The notes under the pieces: generated by a model
Databases searched by the model: none
Told to the model about the DNA's origin: nothing
Seen by the model: only the letters and a program-made list of their open reading frames with translations
Part shown: piece after piece, positions 14,221 to 28,013 of the stretch
Position numbering within the stretch: the first letter of the stretch is position 1
Layout of the letters: every line of letters starts with the position of its first letter
From: Pecten maximus
Taxonomy: Eukaryota
NCBI RefSeq assembly: GCF_902652985.1
Contig: NC_047016.1
Location: 26,536,001-26,600,000 of the forward strand
DNA: 64,000 bases
Direction of reading: 5' to 3'
Translations under genes and position numbers: made by a program

Positions 14221-15502
14221 TGCCCCAAACAATTTTTCCTACACTTTGCACCAAACCTTATTTGTCCAATATTTTATGTATGTACCCCTTGTTTTTCCTT
14301 TACTTTGAAACAAACATTATTTGTATTTACTTGGTACCAAACCTTATTTGTACTATGCTTAGTACATGTACCAATTCTTGTTTGTCCTATACATTGTACC
14401 AAACCTCATTTGTCCTATACTTTGTACCAAACCTTATTTGTCCTATACTTTGTACCAAACCTTATTTGCCCTATACTTATTACCAAACCTTATTTGTCCT
14501 ATATATTGTACCAAACCTCATTTGTCCTATACTTTGTACCAAACCTTATTTGTCCTATACTTTGTACCAAACCTCATTTGTCCTATACTTATTACCAAAC
14601 CTTAGTTGTCCTATACTTTGTACCAAACCTCATTTGTCCTATACTTTATACCAAACCTTATTTGTCCTATACTTATTACCAAACCTTAGTTGTCCTATAC
14701 TTTGTACCAAACCTCATTTGTCCTATACTTTATACCAAACCTTATTTGTCCTATACTTTGTACCAAACCTTATTGTCCTATACTTTATACCAAACCTTAT
14801 TTGAAATAATTTATTTCTATTTATGATAAGAATTCAGACGTGTTTTATGCTTGTTGATACGCAAAGTGGTTCCGTTGCCACCACCTTAACTCTTATTTGA
14901 GATGTGACGTAACACTGATACTTTGCCCCAAACAATTTTTCCTACACTTTGCACCAAACCTTATTTGTCCAATATTTTATGTATGTACCCCTTGTTTTTC
15001 CTTTACTTTGAAACAAACATTATTTGTATTTACTTGGTACCAAACCTTATTTGTACTATGCTTAGTACATGTACCAATTCTTGTTTGTCCTATACATTGT
15101 ACCAAACCTCATTTGTCCTATACTTTGTACCAAACCTTATTTGTCCTATACTTTGTACCAAACCTTATTTGCCCTATACTTATTACCAAACCTTATTTGT
15201 CCTATATATTGTACCAAACCTCATTTGTCCTATACTTTGTACCAAACCTTATTTGTCCTATACTTTGTACCAAACCTCATTTGTCCTATACTTATTACCA
15301 AACCTTAGTTGTCCTATACTTTGTACCAAACCTCATTTGTCCTATACTTTATACCAAACCTTATTTGTCCTATACTTATTACCAAACCTTAGTTGTCCTA
15401 TACTTTGTACCAAACCTCATTTGTCCTATACTTTATACCAAACCTTATTTGTCCTATACTTTGTACCAAACCTTATTGTCCTATACTTTATACCAAACCT
15501 TA
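14097..15502. repeat. 703-bp tandem segmental duplication
   Basis: Same sequence at offset 703. ORFs 14194/14897, 14220/14923 and 14366/15069 translate identically over the shared span. Confidence 0.95.
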
Positions 15503-15720
15503 TTTGTATTATGCTTATTACCAAACCAAACCTTATTTGTCCTATACTTTGTACCAAACCTCATTTGTCCTATACTTATTACCAAACCTTATTGTCCTAT
15601 ACTTTATACCAAACCTTATTTGTATTATGCTTATTACCAAACCAAATCTTATTTGTACTATACTTAGTACATGTACCATTTCATGTTTACCCTATACCTT
15701 GTACCAAACGTCATTTGTCA
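14335..15720. repeat. 28-bp minisatellite (ACCAAACCTTATTTGTCCTATACTTTGT)n, in two blocks
   Basis: Period read directly. The blocks at ~14335-14800 and ~15038-15720 are separated by the duplicated unique segment. Confidence 0.95.
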
Positions 15721-16149
15721 TTTCCGTTGTATAACCGCATTTGTCCTTTATTTCACACCACCTCCTAGTGTCCTTTTCGTCGTTCAAATTAGATATCGTT
15801 TGAAATAAACTAAATTACATTTTAAATATCGTTTCAAAAATAACTAAAACACGAAGTGCGAACCTTCAGACAAAATTGATTTTCCACTTTCGTTAGGTTC
15901 CAATCTGGAACAAAAATACATTAACACGCAACACGTTAGATACAATCACATGCAGCGCGTGGCATGGGAAATCATTACGACGACATTCACACGGTATGTT
16001 TTGTTTAATTACTGCGAGCAATATATTGCAAATAGTCACGAGATGTTGCAACATTATGTAAAATTTGCGAAGTCAATTTAGAAATACAATCAGGTCAGTT
16101 GTTAAAACGTTTAAAATGCTCTTGTTTCATACAAGACTAAAGCATAATG

Positions 16150-16240
16150 TGTCACATGACCCGGTTATGACCTAGATGTATATGACATACAATCAATGAA
16201 GCGGAAGACGGTTACCATTCCGGAACATCTGGTCTCCTTG
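16150..16240 (+). mobile_element. Penelope-like element 3' fragment
   Basis: TGACCTAGAT...GAAGCGGAAGACGGTTAC...GAACATCTGGT resembles the copies at ~3130-3210 and 44585-44660 (reverse complement). Confidence 0.5.
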
Positions 16241-16513
16241 TACTTGTTCAGGAATCCTTGTAAAAATCTTTATTTTGTGATTATTCCATCGACTTAGTTG
16301 GAATTTCTGAGCTGCCTTTAAGGTTGTTAACACCCGATACCTTCTTGTTTTTTTTGTTTTGTTTTTTTGTTTTTTGTTTTGTTTTGTTTTTGTTTTTATC
16401 AATCCTACCCCGAAAATTGAGAAAAGTTAAAAAATAATAAAATTATTTATCTTGTATTCACAACTGATTATCGCTTACGTAAAATATAGTATCTATGTAT
16501 GTACTAGTATGCT

Positions 16514-16727
16514 GGGGCCGCGGTGGCCGAGTGGTTAAGGTGTCCCGACCTCCTCTCGGTTGCGAGTTCGATACCTACGGTGAGGCAGTTGCCAGGTACT
16601 GACCGTAGGCCGGTGGTTTTTCTCCGGGCACTCAGGCATTCCTCCTCCTCCAAAATCTGGCACGTCTTTAAATGACCCTGTCTGTTAGTAGGACGTTAAA
16701 CAAAACAAAAAAAAAAAACAAAACAAA
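16514..16727 (+). mobile_element. tRNA-derived SINE (MetaSINE-like core)
   Basis: A-box TGGCCGAGTGG, B-box GAGTTCGATACC, core GGCCGGTGGTTTTTCTCCGGGCACTC, then GGACGTTAAAC and an (AAAC/A)n tail. Confidence 0.85.
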
Positions 16728-18527
16728 GTTGCAAAATACGTGTTACAGTGGCCCTAATACGCCCCGTACTATCCACAGATCTAGATTGCCTAAGTGTAAA
16801 CATTTACCATAATGTATTATTGAAAAGCAATATGTTTAACGTTTTAGTCTGTCTCTTTGGGAATCACATTTCTGTTAAAGAAGTTTAACAAAACAAATCG
16901 TTCATTTTGATAGGATGGCGAAGCTTCAAGGCCGATCCCGAGGGATTAAAAGTCATCATAGAACCATAGGAAAAATCGATGGTGGTCGCTTACAATGCCA
17001 CCAGTTTATAAATATTTCAATTCATGTTATAGATTCATCCTTCTACCATGCAAGGCAATTTAGATATACCAACCAGTTTTTTTTTAAGTATTCTAAGAAA
17101 ATCCTTGTTTGTCATTTCTGCTTTACGTCAGTAACGGTTTGTTTTAATGTTACTATCAGTCTAACTTCGCTGTAAATTAAATGGTGGAGGTGTTATGGGA
17201 CAATTAATATGGAACTTATGCCAAACTTAGGTTTTCTTTTGTACCCTTTTATGGTGTATCATATATTAAAGTTTCTTCAGGTTTTCCTTATCATTCCTTT
17301 CGCCTAGTTACTGTCACAGCATAAGACATGGCTTTTCCACACGAGGGCTAATTTAATACTACTTCGCATTTCTCGTCAATTTACCCAGCCCCAAGTATGA
17401 TCGTCGGTAGGGAAGAAAATTGTTAACATTATATGTAGAAGCAATTAGATTTTATCGGAATAACTATCTCGTTTGTGAGTTTTAATTAAGAAATAATATG
17501 TAATAGCGAGATCGTGTTTATAACATAAACCCCTTAACGTCGCTAGCCCACTTGTCTTTCACATTAAAATAAACTTACAAATGTACATTATTCTTTTCAT
17601 ATAAAAGTGAAAATAGTATGACGTGATCAGAAGTAACCCGTTAGACGTAGTGATGTTTGAAGCTTAGGAAATTGTTTTGATAGAAGCATCATTTACTAAG
17701 AGTTATTTTTGGATTTGATAGTCATTTTCTAAAACTTTAATATCATGATAACAATACGTAATGTTTTTGTTTTGAAACATTGTTGTATATCAATTTATTT
17801 TGTTTGCTGAGACAAGAACAGTTGGCTATCTTCCATACATAAAAGAATTATAGAGAAATAAATTTGTCTGCTGTATTTCCCCTTAAACTCTCTGACGTCA
17901 CCTGCATGTGTGCCTGTTGCAACTACATGCAAATTCAGGATCATGCTGTACTATATTAAGACAAGTTTCCAAAAATACATTCACTACAAGAGCACGTGCA
18001 CTGCACAACAAAGATATCCGGTAATGCGATAATGACAGTAATGATCAACATGTTTTCTACCAGGGAAATATCTCCAGACTGCTGATTCGTAACGATGCTA
18101 CATTTGTATGTTTATGTTTTGAAAATGTGTTATGTAAATATTGCAATATCCTAGTTGAAATATTGAGAGTCAGAAGACCGATAGAAAATGTGGAATGCAA
18201 GCAAGTTGTTATGCTACGGGAAAATACAAAAAAGTCGCATTTTATAACAATCCAGAAACGGCCACGCTTCATATTTACACTTGTAGACATTTAAAGTAAT
18301 ATACGTATACATGTACCTATTTCACGCAATGAACTAAACTGGAAGTGCTCGCTACACTCGATAGATGATAGATCTAAGATACATGGTACACATAACGCAA
18401 GCATGTTTAATTGGTCAAACCATGGTGTAATTAAAAACACCAATGCTGTGTATCAAGACAATACATACAATGTATCATTCTCAGATTCATTTGAATGGGT
18501 TATCAGATGTTCGTTTCTCCGTTTCAG

Positions 18528-18664
18528 TTTCTGGTTTGGAATGCATCACCTGTGAGTGGAATGCTGGACAGACAAATGGAACCGATGACTGTGTGTCTCG
18601 TCCTTACGGCCTGACGAGACAAGAATGCGAGACGGCTGGAAATAACAACGTCTACAGCTGTGAG
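18528..18664 (+). CDS. Ly6/uPAR three-finger protein, exon 2
   Basis: tttcag| acceptor and GAG|gtatag phase-0 donor. Encodes the SGLECITCEW... 'LxCxxC' start of an LU domain, with 5 Cys. Confidence 0.85.
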
Positions 18665-18779
18665 GTATAGCCGATCTACAATGATACAGAGTTCAAAATA
18701 CTATCATTTATACAATAGTCCGGAGTCTAATCTAACGTCATAGAGTAATATCGGTATTACCGCCATTAATGACGTAATA

Positions 18780-21700
18780 CGGAGTATATAGTCTGATTAA
18801 ACGAAATTCATACTGTAATATCGAGTTTGTAATAACGACGATTATACAGTAGTATAGAGTCTGATAAAACGACGTTTATACTGTAGTTTATAGTCTGATA
18901 TAACGACGTGTATACTGTAGTATAGAGTCTGATATAACGACGTTTATACTGTAGTATGGAGTCTGATATAACGACCTTTATACTGTGGTATAGAGTCTAT
19001 AACGACGTTTATACTGTAGTATAGAGTCTGATATAACGATGTACACTGTAGTATATAGTCTGATATAACGACGTTTATACTGTGGTATAGAGTCTGATAT
19101 AACGACGTTTATACTGTGGTATAGAGTCTGATATAACGACGTTTATACTGTGGTATAGAGTCTGATATAACGACGTTTATACTGTGGTATAGAGTCTGAT
19201 ATAACGACGTTTATACTGTGGTATAGAGTCTATAACGACGTTTATACTGTAGTATAGAGTCTATAACGACGTTTATACTGTAGTATAGAGTCTGATATAA
19301 CGACATTTATACTGTAGTATATAGTGATATAACGACCTTTATACTGTAGTATAGAGTCTGATATATCGACGTTTATACTGTAGTATAGAGTCTGATATAA
19401 CGACCTTTATACTGTAGTATAGAGTCTGATATAACGACGTTTATACTGTGGTATAGAGTCTGATATAACGACGTTTATACTGTAGTATAGAGTCTGATAT
19501 AACGACGTTTATACTGTAGTATAGAGTCTATAACGACGTTTATACTGTGGTATAGAGTCTGATATAACGTTTATACTGTAGTATATAGTCTTATATAGGG
19601 ACGTTTATACTGTAGTATATAGTCTGATATAACGACGTTTATACTGTGGTATAGAGTCTGATATAACGACGTTTATACTGTGGTATAGAGTCTGATATAA
19701 CGTTTATACTGTAGTATATAGTCTTATATAGGGACGTTTATACTGTAGTATATAGTCTGATATAACGACGTTTATACTGTGGTATAGAGTCTGATATAAC
19801 GACGTTTATACTGTGGTATAGAGTCTGATATAACGACGTTTATACTGTGGTAAAGAGTCTGATATAACGACGTTTATACTGTAGAATAGAGTATGATATA
19901 ACGACGTTTATACTGTAGTATAGAGTCTGATATAACGGCGTTTATACTGTAGTATTGAGTCTGATATAACGACGTTTATACTGTGGTATAGAGTCTGATA
20001 TAACGACGTTTATACTGTAGTATTGAGTCTGATATAACGACGTTTATACTGTGGTATAGAGTCTGATATAACGACGTTTATACTGTAGTATATAGTCTTA
20101 TATAACGATGTTTATACTGTAGTATAGAGTCTGATATTACGACGTTTATACTGTAGTATAGAGTCTGATATAACGACGTTCATACTATAGTAGAGAGTCT
20201 GATATAACGACGTTTATACTGTAGTATATAGTCTGATATAACGACGTTTATACTGTAGTATAGAGTCTGATATAACGACGTTTATACTGTAGTATAGAGT
20301 CTGATATAACGACGTTGATACTGTAGTATAGAGTCTGATATAACGACGTCTATACTGCAGTATAGAGTCTGATATAACGACGTTTATACTGTAGTATATA
20401 GTCTGATATAACGACGTTTATACTGTAGTATAGAGTCTGATATAACGGCGTTTATACTGTAGTAATAGAAGAAGTCTGATATGACGACGTTTATACTGTA
20501 GTATAGAGTCTGATATAACGACGTATATACTGTAGTATAGAGTCTGATATAACGACGTGTATATTGTAGTATAGAGTCTGATATAACGACGTTTATACTG
20601 TAGTATATAGTCTGATATAACGACGGTCATACTGTAGTATATAGTCTTATATAGCGACGTTCATACTGTAGTATATAGTCTTATATAAGGACGTTTATAC
20701 TGTAGTATAGAGTCTGATATAACGACGTTTATACTGTGGTATAGAGTCTGATATAACGACGTTTATACTGTGGTATAGAGTCTGATATAACGATGTACAC
20801 TGTAGTATATAGTCTGATATAACGACGTTGATACTGTAGTATAGAGTCTGATATAACGACGTTTATACTGTAGTACAGAGTCTGATATAACGACCTTTAT
20901 ACTGTGGTATAGAGTCTGATATAACGACGTTTATACTGTAGTATAGAGTCTGATATAACGACGTTGATACTGTAGTATATAGTCTGATATAACGACATTT
21001 ATACTGTAGTAGAGAGTCTGATATAACGCCGTTTATACTGTAGTATATAGTCTGATATAACGACGTTTATACTGAAGTATAGAGTCTGATATAATGACGT
21101 TTATACTGTAGTATGTAGTCTGATATAACGACATTTATACTGTAGTAAAGAGTCTGATATAACGACGTTTATACTGTAGTATATAGTCTGATATAACGAC
21201 GTTGATACTGTAGTATAGAGTCTGATATAACGACGTTTATACTGTAGTATAGAGTCTGATATAACGACGTTTATACTGTAGTATAGAGTCTGATATAACG
21301 ACGTTGATACTGTAGTATAGAGTCTGATATAACGACGTCTATACTGTAGTATATAGTCTGATATAACGACGTTTATACTGTAGTATAGAGTCTGATATAA
21401 CGGCGTTTATACTGTAGTAATAGAAGAAGTCTGATATGACGACGTTTATACTGTAGTATAGAGTCTGATATAACGACGTATATACTGTAGTATAGAGTCT
21501 GATATAACGACGTGTATATTGTAGTATAGAGTCTGATATAACGACGTTTATACTGTAGTATATAGTCTGATATAACGACGGTCATACTGTAGTATATAGT
21601 CTTATATAGCGACGTTCATACTGTAGTATATAGTCTTATATAAGGACGTTTATACTGTAGTATAGAGTCTGATATAACGACGTTTATACTGTGGTATAGA

Positions 21701-24700
21701 GTCTGATATAACGACGTTTATACTGTGGTATAGAGTCTGATATAACGATGTACACTGTAGTATATAGTCTGATATAACGACGTTGATACTGTAGTATAGA
21801 GTCTGATATAACGACGTTTATACTGTAGTACAGAGTCTGATATAACGACGTTTATACTGTAGTATATAGTCTGATATAACGACATTTATACTGTAGTAGA
21901 GAGTCTGATATAACGCCGTTTATACTGTAGTATATAGTCTGATATAACGACGTTTATACTGAAGTATAGAGTCTGATATAATGACGTTTATACTGTAGTA
22001 TGTAGTCTGATATAACGACATTTATACTGTAGTAAAGAGTCTGATATAACGACGTTTATACTGTAGTATATAGTCTGATATAACGACGTTGATACTGTAG
22101 TATAGAGTCTGATATAACGACGTTTATACTGTAGTATAGAGTCTGATATAACGACGTTTATACTGTAGTATAGAGTCTGATATAACGGCGTTTATACTGT
22201 AGTATTGAGTCTGATATAACGACGTTTATACTGTGGTATAGAGTCTGATATAACGACGTTTATACTGTAGTATTGAGTCTGATATAACGACGTTTATACT
22301 GTGGTATAGAGTCTGATATAACGACGTTTATACTGTAGTATATAGTCTTATATAACGATGTTTATACTGTAGTATAGAGTCTGATATTACGACGTTTATA
22401 CTGTAGTATAGAGTCTGATATAACGACGTTAATACTGTAGTAGAGAGTCTGATATAACGACGTTTATACTGTAGTATATAGTCTGATATAACGACGTTTA
22501 TACTGTAGTATAGAGTCTGATATAACGACGTTTATACTGTAGTATAGAGTCTGATATAACGACGTTTATACTGTAGTATAGAGTCTGATATAACGACGTC
22601 TATACTGCAGTATAGAGTCTGATATAACGACGTTTATACTGTAGTATATAGTCTGATATAACGACGTTTATACTGTAGTATAGAGTCTGATATAACGACG
22701 TTTATACTGTAGTAATAGAAGAAGTCTGATATGACGACGTTTATACTGTAGTATAGAGTCTGATATAACGACGTATATACTGTAGTATAGAGTCTGATAT
22801 AACGACGTGTATATTGTAGTATAGAGTCTGATATAACGACGTTTATACTGTAGTATATAGTCTGATATAACGACGGTCATACTGTAGTATATAGTCTTAT
22901 ATAGCGACGTTCATACTGTAGTATATAGTCTTATATAAGGACGTTTATACTGTAGTATAGAGTCTGATATAACGACGTTTATACTGTGGTATAGAGTCTG
23001 ATATAACGACGTTTATACTGTGGTATAGAGTCTGATATAACGATGTACACTGTAGTATATAGTCTGATATAACGACGTTGATACTGTAGTATAGAGTCTG
23101 ATATAACGACGTTTATACTGTAGTACAGAGTCTGATATAACGACCTTTATACTGTGGTATAGAGTCTGATATAACGACGTTTATACTGTAGTATAGAGTC
23201 TGATATAACGACGTTGATACTGTAGTATATAGTCTGATATAACGACATTTATACTGTAGTAGAGAGTCTGATATAACGCCGTTTATACTGTAGTATATAG
23301 TCTGATATAACGACGTTTATACTGAAGTATAGAGTCTGATATAATGACGTTTATACTGTAGTATGTAGTCTGATATAACGACATTTATACTGTAGTAAAG
23401 AGTCTGATATAACGACGTTTATACTGTAGTATATAGTCTGATATAACGACGTTGATACTGTAGTATAGAGTCTGATATAACGACGTTTATACTGTAGTAT
23501 AGAGTCTGATATAACGACGTTTATACTGTAGTATAGAGTCTGATATAACGACGTTGATACTGTAGTATAGAGTCTGATATAACGACGTCTATACTGTAGT
23601 ATATAGTCTGATATAACGACGTTTATACTGTAGTATAGAGTCTGATATAACGGCGTTTATACTGTAGTAATAGAAGAAGTCTGATATGACGACGTTTATA
23701 CTGTAGTATAGAGTCTGATATAACGACGTATATACTGTAGTATAGAGTCTGATATAACGACGTGTATATTGTAGTATAGAGTCTGATATAACGACGTTTA
23801 TACTGTAGTATATAGTCTGATATAACGACGGTCATACTGTAGTATATAGTCTTATATAGCGACGTTCATACTGTAGTATATAGTCTTATATAAGGACGTT
23901 TATACTGTAGTATAGAGTCTGATATAACGACGTTTATACTGTGGTATAGAGTCTGATATAACGACGTTTATACTGTGGTATAGAGTCTGATATAACGATG
24001 TACACTGTAGTATATAGTCTGATATAACGACGTTGATACTGTAGTATAGAGTCTGATATAACGACGTTTATACTGTAGTACAGAGTCTGATATAACGACG
24101 TTTATACTGTAGTATATAGTCTGATATAACGACGTTTATACTGTAGTATATAGTCTGATATAACGCCGTTTATACTGTAGTATATAGTCTGATATAACGA
24201 CGTTTATACTGAAGTATAGAGTCTGATATAATGACGTTTATACTGTAGTATGTAGTCTGATATAACGACATTTATACTGTAGTAAAGAGTCTGATATAAC
24301 GACGTTTATACTGTAGTATATAGTCTGATATAACGACGTTGATACTGTAGTATAGAGTCTGATATAACGACGTTTATACTGTAGTATAGAGTCTGATATA
24401 ACGACGTTTATACTGTAGTATAGAGTCTGATATAACGACGTTGATACTGTAGTATAGAGTCTGATATAACGACGTCTATACTGCAGTATAGAGTCTGATA
24501 TAACGACGTTTATACTGTAGTAGAGAGTCTGATATAACGACGTTGATACTGTAGTATAGAGTCTGATATAACGACGTTTATACTGTGGTATAGAGTCTGA
24601 TACAAGGACGTTTATACTGTCGTATAGAGTCTGATATAACGACGTTTATACTGTAGTATAGAGTCTGATATAACGACATTTATACTGTAGTATAGAGTCT

Positions 24701-26925
24701 GATATAACGACGTTTATACTGTAGTATAGAGTCTGATATAACGACGTTTATACTGTAGTATAGAGTCTGATATAACGACGTTTATACTGTAGTATAGAGT
24801 CTGATATAACGACATTTATACTGTAGTATAGAGTCTCATATAACGACGTTGATAATGTGGTATAGAGTCTGATATAACGACGTTTATACTGTAGTATAGA
24901 GTCTGATATAACGACGTTCATACTGTAGTATAGTGTATGATAAAACGACGTTGATACTGTAGTACAGAGTCTGATATAACGACGTTTATACTGTAGTATA
25001 GAGTCTGATATAACGACGTTCATACTGCAGTATAGAGTCTGATATAACGACGTTTATACTGTAGTATAGAGTCTGATATAACGACGTTTATATTGTAGTA
25101 TAGAGTCTGATATAACGACGTTTATATTGAAGTATAGAGTCTGATATAACGACGTTCATACTGTAGTATAGAGTCTGATATAACGACGTTCATACAGTAG
25201 TATGGAGTCTGATATAACGACGTTCATACAGTAGTATGGAGTCTGATATAACGACGTTTATACTGTAGTATAGAGTCTGATATAACGGCGTTTATACTGT
25301 AGTATAGAGTCTGATATAACGACGTTGATACAGTAGTATAGAATCTGATATAACGACGTTGATACTGTAGTATAGAGTCTGATATAACGACGTTTATACT
25401 GTAGTATAGAGTCTGATATAACGACGTTTATACTGTAGTATATAGTCTGATATAACGACGTTTATACTGTAGTATAGAGTCTGATATAACGACGTTTATA
25501 CTGTAGTATAGAGTCTGATATAACAACGTTTATACTGTAGTATATAGTCTGATATAACGACGGTTATACTGTAGTATATAGTCTGATATAACGACGTTTA
25601 TACTGTAGTATATAGTATGATATAACGACGTTTATACTGTAGTATATTGTATGATATAACGACGTTTATACTGTAGAATAGAGTCTGATATAACGACGTT
25701 TATAGTGTAGTATAGAGTCTGATATAACGACGTTTATATTGAAGTATAGAGTCCGATATAACGACGTTCATACTGTAGTATAGAGTCTGATATAACGACG
25801 TTCATACAGTAGTATGGAGTCTGATATAACGACGTTCATACAGTAGTATGGAGTCTGATATAACGACGTTTATACTGTAGTATAGAGTCTGATATAACGG
25901 CGTTTATACTGTAGTATAGAGTCTGATATAACGACGTTGATACAGTTGTATAGAATCTGATATAACGACGTTGATACTGTAGTATAGAGTCTGATATAAC
26001 GACGTTTATACTGTAGTATAGAGTCTGATATAACGACGTTTATACTGTAGTATATAGTCTGATATAACGACGTTTATACTGTAGTATAGAGTCTGATATA
26101 ACGACGTTTATACTGTAGTATAGAGTCTGATATAACAACGTTTATACTGTAGTATATAGTCTGATATAACGACGGTTATACTGTAGTATATAGTCTGATA
26201 TAACGACGTTTATACTGTAGTATATAGTATGATATAACGACGTTTATACTGTAGTATAGTGTATGATATAACGACGTTTATACTGTAGAATAGAGTCTGA
26301 TATAACGACGTTTACAGTGTAGTATAGAGTCTGATATAACGACGTTTATACTGTAGCATAGAGTCTGATATAACGGCGTTGATACTGTAGTAGAGAGTCT
26401 GATATAACGACGTTTATACTGTAGTATATAGTCTGATATAACGACGTTTATATTGTAGTATAGAGTCTGATATAACGACGTTTATTCTGTAGTATAAAGT
26501 CGTATATAACGACGTTAATACTGTTGTATAGGGTCTGATATAACGACGTTTATACTGTAGTATAGAGTCTGATATAACGACGTTGATACTGTAGTATATA
26601 GTCTTATATAAGGACGTTTATACTGTAGTATAGAGTCTGATATAACGACGTTGATACTGTAGTATAGAGTCTGATATAACGACGTTTATACTGTATTATA
26701 GAGTATGATATAACGCCGTTTATACTGTAGTATAGAGTCTGATATAACGACGTTTATACTGTAGTTTATAGTCTGATATAACGACGTTGATACTGTAGAA
26801 TAGAGTCTGATATAATGACGTTTATACTGTAGTGTATAGTATGATATTACGACGTTTATACTGTAGTATTGAGTCTGATATTTCGACGTTGATACTGTAG
26901 TATAGAGTATGTAATAACGCCGTTT
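18780..26925. repeat. 34-bp satellite (TATACTGTAGTATAGAGTCTGATATAACGACGTT)n, ~240 copies, in Ly6 intron 2
   Basis: Period read directly. Edges are degenerate and higher-order structure is present. Confidence 0.99.
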
Positions 26926-27199
26926 CTACCACAATACACTGTTATTCCACTCTCAAGTCATTGCATATATGTTATATACCACTTCATGTATATGAACTTC
27001 CGGTCTTTTGATTGGTCAAGAATTCGAACTTTGGCCCAAGCTGCAATTGGTTTTGACGCCATCAATAATCGAATGATGCCACATTGCCGGGTCCTTGATG
27101 TCACCGATACACTTTATTTGAATACGCGAAATTATACTTGGTCAAGCTTCCCTTTGATTCAAGCCGATGTAATATATGGTAGAAAAAAGTCACACGACT

Positions 27200-27343
27200 C
27201 GTGATTGTTGGATATGGAATTTGATTCACACTTGTAAGTTATTTTTTAAAAGTTGCAAAAGACACTAGCTGAAGTTCGTGTCTTTTGTAACTAAAAAAAG
27301 ATAACTTACTCGTGTGAAATAAATTCCATATCCAACAACCACG
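27200..27343. repeat. Long hairpin (~65-bp arms, 12-nt loop) in a ~400-bp insertion
   Basis: TTGTTGGATATGGAATTT...CAAAAGACAC pairs with GTGTCTTTTG...AAATTCCATATCCAACAA. Confidence 0.9.
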
Positions 27344-27725
27344 TTGTGTAGCCTCTATTTATACTGAAGCAAAGTCTGAAATAACGCTGCTTATACAGTA
27401 GTGTAGAGCCTGAAATAAAGTGATACTGTAGTGTAGAGTCTGAAATAGAGTGATACTGTAGTATGGAGTCTAATATAATGCTGCACTTCTCTTGGGTATT
27501 TAGACGTTCGGGTGATTATTTATTGTGAATACAGCTCATAGCTTAATACAGGTAATGGACAAGTGCCGTTTGATAGGCCAATGGGGTTTACTCAAGTTTA
27601 CGTGATGATGTGGTTGCGTTCGGATATTTGGAGAAATTGATGTATTTGCTTAATAATAAGATGTAGACTTTCACAAGAAAAAATATGTGTGTTGTCTCAG
27701 TTAACTTGTTGACATTGTTTTACAG

Positions 27726-28013
27726 ACAAACCTGAAATTCACGATGGTCAAAACCCGGTCCTATCTGGAAAGCATCTCTAGAGGTTGCACTCTTCGGCAT
27801 TACTATTGTAACAAAGAATGCGACCCAGCACAACAAAATAATTGCTTCCTCTGTTGCGAAAATGAAGGATGCAACAGTTTACCGTTCTCTATGGGTTTAC
27901 TGCCTTTTAGTCTCTACTACAACACGACAAGCGCGGCAGCACCAACGACAGGCGTATTCCGGGGCATTTTAGCAGCTGAAGTCATGCTCGCATCTTGGAT
28001 TGTTTGGCATTGA
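27726..28013 (+). CDS. Ly6/uPAR three-finger protein, exon 3 (CCxxxxCN motif plus GPI-like tail)
   Basis: ttttacag| phase-0 acceptor. Encodes SRGC...CFLCCENEGCN (canonical LU-domain end), then a Ser/Thr/Ala spacer and a hydrophobic C-terminus before TGA. Confidence 0.88.
   Translation, partial: TNLKFTMVKTRSYLESISRGCTLRHYYCNKECDPAQQNNCFLCCENEGCNSLPFSMGLLPFSLYYNTTSAAAPTTGVFRGILAAEVMLASWIVWH

Noticed and set aside
14194-15768. 200-280-aa hydrophobic repetitive ORFs
   Set aside because: Translations of the 28-bp minisatellite; the same peptide cycles through all three frames.
16514-16590. tRNA gene
   Set aside because: A and B boxes are present, but there is no complete cloverleaf and the sequence continues into a SINE core and tail.
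18780-26925. CRISPR-like array (34-bp period); the same consideration applies to the 43-bp and 50-bp arrays
   Set aside because: Units are head-to-tail with no unique spacers, there are no cas genes, and the context is eukaryotic and intronic.
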